Shown here one piece after another: positions 9,546-18,533 of a DNA stretch of 36,515 bases. A program made the position numbers and the translations under genes. This stretch comes from an uncultured archaeon (lineage in GTDB: Archaea; Aenigmatarchaeota; Aenigmatarchaeia; QMZP01; CAZFVX01): positions 1-36,515 of the forward strand of contig CAZFVX010000001.1 in assembly GCA_964522675.1 (NCBI GenBank). Reading direction: 5' to 3'. How positions within the stretch are numbered: the first letter of the stretch is position 1; every line of letters starts with the position of its first letter. Below the pieces are notes generated by a model, which worked only from the letters and a program-made list of their open reading frames with translations, was not told where the DNA came from and did not search any database.

Positions 9546-10913
9546 TTAAGAATTTTTATATAAGGATTTTAATTCATCAATTATATTTTTAAGAATTTTT
9601 CCTATTTTATCATATTCTTCTTTTGTTTTGGATTCCCACATAAAAGATATTGCAGGTCGTGTATTTGATGCCCTAATAATCCCCCAACCATTCTCAAATA
9701 AAATCTTTACTCCATCCAAATCTATAATTTTATATCCTTTTAATTTAAGTTCATTTTTTATTTTTTCAACAAAATTAAATTTTTCTTCATCGGGGCAAAA
9801 AACCCTTATGTCTTCTGAGGAATAATATTTTGGAAATTCTTTAATCATTTCTGAAATTTTTTCTTTTAAAATTATTTCAACTATTTTTAATGATGTAAAA
9901 ATACCATCATCATATCCAAAAGTTTCTTTAAAATAATAATGACCCGAAGTTTCACCACCTAGTTCACATGATTCTTTTGCCATTATTTGTTGAATATAGG
10001 AATGTCCTACCTTTGATAAAATCCCTTGACCACCACATTTTTTAATTATGTCTTCTATTAATCTTGAACAAGTAACCTCATATAAAATTTTTGCTTTTGG
10101 GATTTTTTCTAATGTCTTCTTAATAAGCAACGCGAAGATAATATTATTATCTATTATATTTCCATTCTCATCCACAAAACCTGCTCTATCGCCATCACCA
10201 TCATAGGCAATTCCCAAATCTGCTTTTACCTCTAAAACTTTTTTTTGTAAATCCTTTAATGTTTCTTTTTTTGATGGGTCTGCCAAATGGTTCGGAAATC
10301 TACCATCGGGTTCACAGTATAATTTTACAACATCAAATCCTAATTTTTCAAAAATTTTAGGAGCGAATAAACCGCAACAACCATTTCCCGCATCTATAAC
10401 AATTTTTAAAGACTTATCTATTTTCACATTACTTAAAACAAAATTAATATAATCATTTTCTATGTTTTTAGCTTCTAAATTTCCTTTATCATTTTTTTCA
10501 AATTTTTCTTTTTTAATTAAATCTTCAATAAATTTAATTCCCGTTTCATAACTAAATGATATCGCATTTTTACCAACGAATTTGAAACCATTATATTCTG
10601 GTGGGTTGTGAGAAGCAGTTATCATTACACCACCATCCAATTTATAATAAGCAACAGAAAAATATAACATCGGCGTTGAAACCAAACCAATATCAATAAC
10701 ATCTATCCCTGTAGATAATAAACCATTAATTAATCTTTCTTTTAATTTTGGGCTTGATTCCCTAACATCATACCCAACAAAAATCTTAATTTTTTTATTT
10801 TTATATTTTTGTTTTAAAAATGTCCCAAAAGCAAGACCAATTTTTTCTGCTAAATTTTCATTTATTTCTTTAGGATAAATTCCTCTTATATCATATGCCC
10901 TAAATATTGACAT
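9546..10913 (-). CDS. Phosphoglucomutase/phosphomannomutase
   Basis: Active-site TASHNPPEYNGFK, metal loop AYDGDGDRAGF and sugar loop GGETSGHYYF. 455 aa. Confidence 0.9.
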   Translation of the reverse strand: MSIFRAYDIRGIYPKEINENLAEKIGLAFGTFLKQKYKNKKIKIFVGYDVRESSPKLKERLINGLLSTGIDVIDIGLVSTPMLYFSVAYYKLDGGVMITASHNPPEYNGFKFVGKNAISFSYETGIKFIEDLIKKEKFEKNDKGNLEAKNIENDYINFVLSNVKIDKSLKIVIDAGNGCCGLFAPKIFEKLGFDVVKLYCEPDGRFPNHLADPSKKETLKDLQKKVLEVKADLGIAYDGDGDRAGFVDENGNIIDNNIIFALLIKKTLEKIPKAKILYEVTCSRLIEDIIKKCGGQGILSKVGHSYIQQIMAKESCELGGETSGHYYFKETFGYDDGIFTSLKIVEIILKEKISEMIKEFPKYYSSEDIRVFCPDEEKFNFVEKIKNELKLKGYKIIDLDGVKILFENGWGIIRASNTRPAISFMWESKTKEEYDKIGKILKNIIDELKSLYKNS

Positions 10914-10928
10914 ATATTTTCATTTGTT

Positions 10929-11426
10929 TTATTCTTTTAAAATTTTTACTTCTTTCTTTAATTTTTTATAGGTTTCATCCAGACTTATTGGCACAACCTT
11001 CGTATTAGCAATAATTTCCATAAAACCAGCATCTCTTTTATATCTAGGGACTATATGAATGTGTAAATGCTTTATCGATGCACCTGATGGTTCACCGCCC
11101 ATATTTATTCCTATATTAATTCCGTCTGGGTTTAAAACCTTTTTTAATAGTTTTACAGTTTTTTTAACCATTGAAAACAATTTAATAAATTCATCTTCCT
11201 TTAAACTTTCAATATTAACGACGTGTCTTATTGGAATAACCTGCAAGTGACCAACATTATAAGGAAATAAATTCATAATAACCATAACTTTTTCATCTTT
11301 ATATAAAACTCTTTTTGGAACCTTTTTATCTCCTTTCGCTATTCTGCAAAATAAACAACCTTCATTATCATGGTTTTTTACTACCCACTTTCCTCTTGAG
11401 TATGCGGGTAAATAACTTTTATACAT
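10929..11426 (-). CDS. HIT-family nucleotide hydrolase/phosphorylase
   Basis: Histidine triad HLHIHIVPR. NLFPYNVGHLQVIP resembles the Ap4A-phosphorylase-like HIT branch. 165 aa. Confidence 0.85.
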   Translation of the reverse strand: MYKSYLPAYSRGKWVVKNHDNEGCLFCRIAKGDKKVPKRVLYKDEKVMVIMNLFPYNVGHLQVIPIRHVVNIESLKEDEFIKLFSMVKKTVKLLKKVLNPDGINIGINMGGEPSGASIKHLHIHIVPRYKRDAGFMEIIANTKVVPISLDETYKKLKKEVKILKE

Positions 11427-11427
11427 G

Positions 11428-12459
11428 TTAATTCATCACACTTCTTGTAATTTCTGCTATTTTTTTAGGGTTTATATGCGGAACGGTCTCATTCATAAAT
11501 TCTAAATAACCTTCCCAAGATTTTATTCCTCTTGAGGTTGATTCTCTTGGAAAAATTCTAAATTGATTACAAAAATCATCTTTTTTTCCGGCAGATAAGT
11601 TAACAACATTAAACTGATCGCTTACATTTTCCATTATAGTTTTAATGCCCAATTTTAAATATTTTGCAATAGATTTAATTTCTTTTTCATCTAAATTCAA
11701 AAAAGATGGATTTTCCATATTCATAATAACAAGTTCAACTTTGCTAAAAACAGGTGCCCATTCGACATAAAAAACGGTTTTAGTTTCTAAATCGAAGTCA
11801 ATAATTAAATTTTCTTTTATTAAAGATTTAATCCACGATTTCCAATATTTTTTAGTTGAACCAGAGAGTTTTTTTGTTAATTTCATACTTAAATTTGTTT
11901 TTGACATGACTTTATTTTCACAATGAAACTGTCCATGAAAATGTGTTAAAGATGCCGCGGCTTTAGGACCATAATTTATATGACTTGAAACGTATTTTTT
12001 CTTTGAATCTTTACCCACTTCCTTAACCAAATTTAAACCATCAATCCAATTTTGCAAACTTATGTCCTTGGGCAATAAATTATGTTTTTTATAATTATAA
12101 ACGATCACGCCATGAATTTCTCCCGCTGGAAATAAATTTGAAAAGGCAACAGAATCATTTAAAAAATATATTTCTTTTAAACCCTTTTTTGAAAACTTTG
12201 CACATTTATTTTTCGGGTCACAAAAAAAGCATTCTTTTATTTTTTTTAATTTTACAGGTTTTATTGTTTCTATTTTTCTTAATTCCCTTTCGGGGTTTAT
12301 TCTTACTCTTGAAAAAAATGCTGGGTTTTCCCTAATTATAATTTTATATTCCTTTGCTTTTTTTGTTAGTGGCTCTTTTACCGAAGTTTTAATTGTTTTT
12401 TCTAATTTTTTTAAATTAATCGGTCTTATATTTTTTAAATAATCATTTAATTCTTCCAT
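11428..12459 (-). CDS. GalT-like hexose-1-phosphate nucleotidyltransferase / NDP-hexose phosphorylase
   Basis: Zinc knuckle CFFCDP and an HxHxQ-type active site (THFHGQFH), typical of the GalT branch of the HIT superfamily. 343 aa. Confidence 0.7.
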   Translation of the reverse strand: MEELNDYLKNIRPINLKKLEKTIKTSVKEPLTKKAKEYKIIIRENPAFFSRVRINPERELRKIETIKPVKLKKIKECFFCDPKNKCAKFSKKGLKEIYFLNDSVAFSNLFPAGEIHGVIVYNYKKHNLLPKDISLQNWIDGLNLVKEVGKDSKKKYVSSHINYGPKAAASLTHFHGQFHCENKVMSKTNLSMKLTKKLSGSTKKYWKSWIKSLIKENLIIDFDLETKTVFYVEWAPVFSKVELVIMNMENPSFLNLDEKEIKSIAKYLKLGIKTIMENVSDQFNVVNLSAGKKDDFCNQFRIFPRESTSRGIKSWEGYLEFMNETVPHINPKKIAEITRSVMN

Positions 12460-12463
12460 AAAA

Positions 12464-13132
12464 TCATTGAAATCCTTTTATAAGATTTATAATTGCTCTT
12501 TCGGGGTTTTTTGCTTTTAAAATACCAGAAGCAACCAAAACCCCCTTTGCCCCCAACTCTATTGATTTTTTAACATCTTCTGTTGTCTTTATTCCAGCAC
12601 CAACCAATAAAGGAATTTTGGGATTTATTTTTTTAACATAATTAACTCCTTTAGAAATGACCTGAGGTTTTGCTTCACTTACCGAAACGTCTCCACCAAT
12701 TAATTCGGGTGGTTCTATTGCAATAAAATTGGGATTTAATCTTGCTATTTCCCTTGCCTTTTTTGGTGTGTTTGCACAAACCAAAGTTTTTAATCCAATT
12801 TCTTTACATCTATTTATAGAATCATTTAAAATCTTGGATTTTATTTGGCGTTCAGAATGGTTTAATAATGTTCCCTTTGCCCCAGCTTTTTTTATCGATT
12901 CTGGTAATATCCATCCCGTATTAGAACCATAATTAATTGGGTCTATGTGCTGTGCATAAACAGGTATTTTAACTGCTTTTGAAATCATATATAAATCTGT
13001 AAATTGAACGCAAATTATTATATTTGCTTTTTCTTTTTTAGCAATTTTATCTGCTATTTTTGCTATTTTTAATCCTTTTTTTCCGGTACCTTGCTCATAT
13101 GTTTTAAAATTTATAACTAATACGGGTTTCAT
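12464..13132 (-). CDS. tpiA: Triosephosphate isomerase, archaeal short type
   Basis: 222 aa. Motifs VINFKTY, LLNHSERQ and IAIEPPELIG. Its ATG overlaps the AOR stop (ATGA). Confidence 0.9.
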   Translation of the reverse strand: MKPVLVINFKTYEQGTGKKGLKIAKIADKIAKKEKANIIICVQFTDLYMISKAVKIPVYAQHIDPINYGSNTGWILPESIKKAGAKGTLLNHSERQIKSKILNDSINRCKEIGLKTLVCANTPKKAREIARLNPNFIAIEPPELIGGDVSVSEAKPQVISKGVNYVKKINPKIPLLVGAGIKTTEDVKKSIELGAKGVLVASGILKAKNPERAIINLIKGFQ

Positions 13133-14877
13133 AGTCCCAACCTCTTTAAAGTTGATTTTTTGGGAATTCCTTTTTCATCCCAACCCCTTGCCTTATAATA
13201 TTCCTTTTTCATCTTCTCAAAATCTCCTTTATTAATTTTTTTACCTTTTGCGGGACCATCTGGCAAAGGCTGATTTAAAATTTTCCATGGGAGATTATCA
13301 TGTTTTTCTTTCCAACCTAATTTTATATTAATCAATTTTTCAACATTATAAATCCTCTCACCCGCCTTCATTAAATTCTTTTCATTGGTTTCAATTCCCG
13401 TAACCAAAGTAAAACACTTAGCCATTAATTCTACCGTCATGAAATGTCTTATAAATTTACAAAAACCCAAGGAATCAAATAAAGTATAATAATCTTCTGC
13501 TTTCTTAACTAATTTTCCTTTTTCTTTAATTTGGTATCTTGTTTCTTCTGAAGCGAGATCAATGCCGTATGCTCCTGCCCTTTGATGGTCTGCACCCCTA
13601 ACATCCACCGCTATTGATAACGCATAAGCAGGTAAACCGCTTGCATGAAATCCACCCGGTTCTAAACCTTTAACTTGAACGGCATATTTTAAACCTTTAT
13701 ATTTTTTGGCAAATGGAACGATGCCTTCTGCCATATATTTCCCTAAGCCTTTCTTTTTTACAATCAATTTTATTAATTTTATTATATCGTCTCCACTTCC
13801 CCATTTTAATTTTTCTTTAATCAATTTCTTTTCACTTAATTCAAACGCCAAAGCAATTATGTTTCCCGTTGTAATTGTATCAATACCAAATCTATCACAT
13901 AATTCGTTTGCCTCTGCTATTGTTTTTAAATCTTTAACATAACAATTTGAGCCCAATGCATATATAGTTTCATACTCCGGGCCTTCTTCTTTTATTTTTC
14001 CAAAAGAAGTTAATTTTCCACAGGCGATGGGACAATAAAAACAACCCTCTTCTGTTTTCCAATCTTGCTTTAATTCTTGACCCGAAATTTTCTCCGCAAA
14101 TTCAAAAGTTGATTTATTCCAATTTTTTGTAGGCAATGCTCCAGCTTTATTAAGTTTTAAAACACCTCCAGAGGTTCCATAAATTCTATATTTTTCTGTT
14201 GACTCCCCTAAAGATAATTTTATTATTTCCCCATTTAATTTTAACAATTCTATGGGTTTTGCCGGTCTCAGTCCTTTAGAACCAGAAATTGCTAAGGCCT
14301 TTAATTTTTTAGAGCCCATAACTGCACCCAGGCCAGTCCTACCGGCTTGCCTCCCATATTCGTGCGTTATACAAGAAAATCTCACTAAATTTTCTCCCGC
14401 TTGCCCTATGCAAGCAACTTCAACATCACCCAATTCTTTTTTTAAAGCATCTTCGCATTCCCATGAATCTCTTCCCCAGAAATCACATTTTCTTATTTCA
14501 ACATTATCATTTTCTATATAAATGTACCCCGGTTTAGATAGTTTTCCCGTAATTATAATAACATCCCAACCCGCGAATTTCATTTCGGGGGCAAAATCTC
14601 CTCTAAAATAAGATTCTCCTAAAAATCCAGTTAAAGGAGATCTAGAAAAAACACCCGTGCAAGAAGCTATTGGAACGAGCCCAGATAAAGCGGCAGAAGC
14701 GAATATTAAAGGATTATTGGGAGAAAAAGCATCAACTTTTTTAATTCTTTTATATAATTCTATTGCACCAAACCCGTTTCCACCTAACCATTTTTTTGCA
14801 TAATTTTTTTTAATTTCACTCTTCTTGATTTTCTTTTTACTCAAATCTATTTCTAAGATTTTCCCATATCCAAACAT
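13129..14877 (-). CDS. aor: Aldehyde:ferredoxin oxidoreductase family tungstopterin enzyme
   Basis: 582 aa with an AFOR-type N-terminus. Cluster ligands are CFYCPIACGK (CxxCxxxC) and DSLGFCKF. Confidence 0.9.
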   Translation of the reverse strand: MFGYGKILEIDLSKKKIKKSEIKKNYAKKWLGGNGFGAIELYKRIKKVDAFSPNNPLIFASAALSGLVPIASCTGVFSRSPLTGFLGESYFRGDFAPEMKFAGWDVIIITGKLSKPGYIYIENDNVEIRKCDFWGRDSWECEDALKKELGDVEVACIGQAGENLVRFSCITHEYGRQAGRTGLGAVMGSKKLKALAISGSKGLRPAKPIELLKLNGEIIKLSLGESTEKYRIYGTSGGVLKLNKAGALPTKNWNKSTFEFAEKISGQELKQDWKTEEGCFYCPIACGKLTSFGKIKEEGPEYETIYALGSNCYVKDLKTIAEANELCDRFGIDTITTGNIIALAFELSEKKLIKEKLKWGSGDDIIKLIKLIVKKKGLGKYMAEGIVPFAKKYKGLKYAVQVKGLEPGGFHASGLPAYALSIAVDVRGADHQRAGAYGIDLASEETRYQIKEKGKLVKKAEDYYTLFDSLGFCKFIRHFMTVELMAKCFTLVTGIETNEKNLMKAGERIYNVEKLINIKLGWKEKHDNLPWKILNQPLPDGPAKGKKINKGDFEKMKKEYYKARGWDEKGIPKKSTLKRLGL

Positions 14878-14885
14878 TCATTCAC

Positions 14886-15284
14886 CTATTTAACCTCTTT
14901 TAAACTTATTGCCCCCTTTGGGCATGCTTTTAAGCATTTGGGGTCTCCACCACATAAATCACATTTAGAAGCCTTTCCGTTTATTATCCAAATTGCATTG
15001 AAAGGACATGCCTCAACACATTTTCCCGTACATACACATTTTGCTTTATTTACAACCACAATTCCGTTTTTAACTTCTATGGCATTTTCGGGGCATGCCT
15101 GAGCACAATGAGGAGGGTCACAATGCTTACAGGTTATATACTCTTTTTCAATAACATTTTTCCTTATTATTTTTATATAACCATTTTTAGGATTAAATTT
15201 TCCCGTCTTGTAAAAAGAGCATACTAAAGAACATATACCGCAATCCACACATTTATTTAAGTCAACAACCAAAAATTTTCTCAT
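14886..15284 (-). CDS. Polyferredoxin (multi [4Fe-4S], AorA/DmsB-like)
   Basis: 132 aa with four Cys groups: CVDCGICSLVC, CKHCDPPHCAQACP, CVCTGKCVEACP, CDLCGGDPKCLKACP. It lies 8 nt upstream of the AOR gene. Confidence 0.85.
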   Translation of the reverse strand: MRKFLVVDLNKCVDCGICSLVCSFYKTGKFNPKNGYIKIIRKNVIEKEYITCKHCDPPHCAQACPENAIEVKNGIVVVNKAKCVCTGKCVEACPFNAIWIINGKASKCDLCGGDPKCLKACPKGAISLKEVK

Positions 15285-15377
15285 TTTTATTTATTAGCTA
15301 AAATTATATTTAATTTTTGTAGTTTAATTCAAATTTAAATTTTTAATTATTAATTTATTTAATCATAAAGTGGTAAA

Positions 15378-16460
15378 ATGATACCAATTTCAAAGCCCTT
15401 TATAGGAGAAGAGGAAATTCAAGCAGTTAAGGAAGTTTTAGAATCGGGAATGCTCGTGCAAGGGGAAAAAGTCGAAAAATTTGAAAACGAGTTCGCAAAA
15501 TATATTGGATGTAAATATGGGATTGCCGTTTCCTCTGGCACAACGGCCTTGCAAGTTGGTTTAAAAGCATTAGGAATAAGCAAAGGAGATGAAGTAATAA
15601 CGACGCCATTTTCTTTTATAGCAACCGCAAATTCTATACTTTATGTTGGTGGGAAACCCGTTTTTGCCGATATAAACCCAGAAACATTTAATATAGATCC
15701 AGAAAAAATAGAAGAAAAAATAACAAATAAAACAAAAGCGGTTTTAATTGTTCACTTATTCGGAAATCCTTGTGAAATGGATGAAATCATGAAAATTTGC
15801 AAAGAGCATGATTTGTTTTTAATTGAAGATGCGTGTCAGGCACATGGGGCGGAATATAAAGGTAAAAAAGTTGGATCGTTTGGCGATTTATCTTGTTTTA
15901 GTTTTTATGCAACAAAAAATATGACCACGGGGGAAGGAGGAACGATATTAACAAATAATGAAGAAATTGCCGAAAAAGCAAAATTATTAAGAAACCATGG
16001 GCAAGAAAAAACATATGAGCATAAAATTCTTGGATTTAATTATAGAATGAGTGATATACAAGCCGCTATTGGTTTGGTTCAGTTAAAAAAATTGGAAGAA
16101 ATGAATAAAAAGAGAATGGAGAATGCAAAAATTTTTAATGAAAATCTCTCAAAAATTTCTTGGTTAAAAATACCCTTTATAGAAAAAAATAAAAAACATG
16201 TTTTTCACCAATACACAATTAAAGTTTTAAATGGGAAAAGAGATTATGTTTTAAACAAATTAAATGAAAGGGGTGTTGGAGCAAAGGTTTATTATCCCAA
16301 ACCTATTCATTTACAATTAGTTTATAAAAAATTAGGTTATAATGAAAATCTGCCGGTATCGGAAGAAATTGCAAAACAGGTTTTGTCCTTACCTGTTCAT
16401 CCCCTACTAACAAAAAACGATTTAAATAAAATTATTAATGAAATAAAATTGGTGTTTTAA
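15378..16460 (+). CDS. DegT/DnrJ/EryC1-family PLP sugar aminotransferase
   Basis: PLP-lysine motif SFYATKNMTTGEGG and the N-terminal IPISKPFIGEEE...G..V..FE box. 360 aa. Confidence 0.9.
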   Translation: MIPISKPFIGEEEIQAVKEVLESGMLVQGEKVEKFENEFAKYIGCKYGIAVSSGTTALQVGLKALGISKGDEVITTPFSFIATANSILYVGGKPVFADINPETFNIDPEKIEEKITNKTKAVLIVHLFGNPCEMDEIMKICKEHDLFLIEDACQAHGAEYKGKKVGSFGDLSCFSFYATKNMTTGEGGTILTNNEEIAEKAKLLRNHGQEKTYEHKILGFNYRMSDIQAAIGLVQLKKLEEMNKKRMENAKIFNENLSKISWLKIPFIEKNKKHVFHQYTIKVLNGKRDYVLNKLNERGVGAKVYYPKPIHLQLVYKKLGYNENLPVSEEIAKQVLSLPVHPLLTKNDLNKIINEIKLVF

Positions 16461-17455
16461 TGGAAAAAATAAATGTGGGTGTCATCGGCGTTGGAAACAT
16501 GGGTCAACATCACGCAAGAATTTATTCTAAATTAGAAAATTCAAATTTAGTTTGTATTTGTGATATAAATGAAAAAAGGGGGAAAGAAATTGCCGAAAAA
16601 TATGGATGTAAATATTATAAAAATTATATTGATATGTTAAAGAATGAAAAATTAGATGCCGTCTCAGTTTGTGTTCCAACATCCCTACACCACGAGGTTG
16701 CAAAAAATGTTATTTTAAATGGAATTAACTTGTTAATAGAAAAACCTATCGCAAAAACGGTGGAGGAGGGAGAAGAATTAGTTAAATTAGCAAAAGAAAA
16801 AAATGTAAAACTAACTGTTGGTCATATCGAAAGGTTTAATCCAGCTATAAGGAAGCTTAAAGAAATGATAGCTCAAAATGAACTCGGAAATATAACCTCT
16901 GTAATTGCGAGAAGAGTTGGTTTGTTTCCGCCACAAATAAAAGATGCCGATGTTATAATTGATTTAGCGGTACATGATATAGATGTTTTTAATTACTTGT
17001 TTAATAAAACACCCGTAAGGGTTTATGCAAAATCTGGTAGGGCTTTAATAAATAAAAGGGCTGATTTTTCTGATATATTCTTGGAATATGAAGGCGTGTC
17101 GGGGTTTATACAAGTAAATTGGATAACACCGATTAAAATTAGAAGTTTGGCTGTAAATGGAACAAGGGGCTATGTTGAATTAAATTATATAACGCAAGAA
17201 ATTAATTTTTATAAAAGTAATTATGAAACTTCTCATAATGATTTTGGAGATTTTGTAATAAAATTTGGAAACCCAGAAAAAAAGATAATAGATATTAAAA
17301 AGGAAGAACCTTTAAAAATTGAATTAGAAAGTTTTATTAATTGTATAAAGGCCGGAGAAGAACCTTTAGTGACGGGTGAAGATGCCTTAAATTCTCTTAA
17401 AGTTGCCGAAGCGATAATAAGATCCGCTAAAGAAAAAAAGGTTATTGTTTTATGA
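16460..17455 (+). CDS. Gfo/Idh/MocA-family NAD-sugar oxidoreductase (WbpB-like)
   Basis: Rossmann motif GVIGVGNMGQHH and EKP signature LIEKPIAKT. Overlaps degT by 1 nt. Confidence 0.85.
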   Translation: MEKINVGVIGVGNMGQHHARIYSKLENSNLVCICDINEKRGKEIAEKYGCKYYKNYIDMLKNEKLDAVSVCVPTSLHHEVAKNVILNGINLLIEKPIAKTVEEGEELVKLAKEKNVKLTVGHIERFNPAIRKLKEMIAQNELGNITSVIARRVGLFPPQIKDADVIIDLAVHDIDVFNYLFNKTPVRVYAKSGRALINKRADFSDIFLEYEGVSGFIQVNWITPIKIRSLAVNGTRGYVELNYITQEINFYKSNYETSHNDFGDFVIKFGNPEKKIIDIKKEEPLKIELESFINCIKAGEEPLVTGEDALNSLKVAEAIIRSAKEKKVIVL

Positions 17456-18498
17456 AAAGAATACTCGTAACGGGTGGTGGAGGACCTGCTGGGGTTAATT
17501 TTATTAGATCTTTAAGGCACGCCCCCGAAAAATTTTATATAGTTACCTCGGATATAAACAAACATCATTTAGAACTCCCCGAAGCAGATAAAAAATATCT
17601 TGTTCCAAAAAATTCTGACCCAAATTATATAGAAAAAATTAATGCCATAATTGAAAAGGAGGAAATAGATTTTATTCACCCACAACCAGACTCTGAAGTA
17701 AAATTCATCTCCGAAAACAGAGAAAAAATTAACACAAAAATATTTTTACCCAAAAAAGAAACGATAAGAATTTGTCAGGATAAATTTAAATCAGCTAAAT
17801 TATGGAAAAAAATGAATATTCCCGTTCCCGAAACAATTAAAATAAAAGATGAAAACGATGTTAAAGAAATTACAAATGTTTTTGGATTTCCCTTTTGGAT
17901 CAGAGCATCTCAGGGAGCGGGCGGTAGAGGGAGCACATTGGTTAATAATTTAGAAACCGCGCTTTCATGGATAAAATATTGGAGAGCGAGGGGGAGTGAT
18001 TGGGAATTCATAGCACAGGAATATTTACCTGGGCAAAATATTGCCTTTCAATCAATTTGGAATAAAGGAGAGTTAATTTGCTCTCAAGCAAGGGAAAGAA
18101 TAGAATACATATACCCTTATCTTTCTCCCTCGGGAATAACGGGAACGCCCTCTGTAGCAAAAACAATTAATGATGATTATGTTAATGAAATTGCAACCAA
18201 GGCAGTTTTGGCCATAGATAAAAAGGCAACGGGAATTTTTTGTGTAGATTTAAAAAGAAATAAAGATGGAATTCCGTGCCCAACAGAAATAAATGCCGGT
18301 AGGTTTTTTACAACATCGTTTTTCTTCACAAAAGCAGGCGTTAATATGCCTTATATTTATGTTAAACTCGCATTTGGAGAAGAAATTCCAAAAGTTAAAA
18401 AGTATAATTGTATTGGAGAAGGGATATATTGGATAAGACACATGGATTCTGGACCCGTTTTATTAAAAGAAGGGGATTGGACAAGTTTTGAGATATAG
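17452..18498 (+). CDS. ATP-grasp ligase
   Basis: Motifs ILVTGGGGPAG, FWIRASQGAGGRG, AQEYLPG and TEINAGRF (ATP-grasp E-x-N). 4-nt overlap with the upstream gene. Confidence 0.7.
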   Translation: MKRILVTGGGGPAGVNFIRSLRHAPEKFYIVTSDINKHHLELPEADKKYLVPKNSDPNYIEKINAIIEKEEIDFIHPQPDSEVKFISENREKINTKIFLPKKETIRICQDKFKSAKLWKKMNIPVPETIKIKDENDVKEITNVFGFPFWIRASQGAGGRGSTLVNNLETALSWIKYWRARGSDWEFIAQEYLPGQNIAFQSIWNKGELICSQARERIEYIYPYLSPSGITGTPSVAKTINDDYVNEIATKAVLAIDKKATGIFCVDLKRNKDGIPCPTEINAGRFFTTSFFFTKAGVNMPYIYVKLAFGEEIPKVKKYNCIGEGIYWIRHMDSGPVLLKEGDWTSFEI

Positions 18499-18533
18499 TT
18501 TTATTTATAAACCATAAGAAAAAAAATTAAGTA

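Noticed and set aside
11059-14521. Plus-strand ORFs 11059-11250, 12138-12335, 12729-12932, 13706-13942 and 14252-14521
   Set aside because: All lie antisense to strongly motif-supported genes (HIT, GalT-like, TIM, AOR). None has a recognisable domain.
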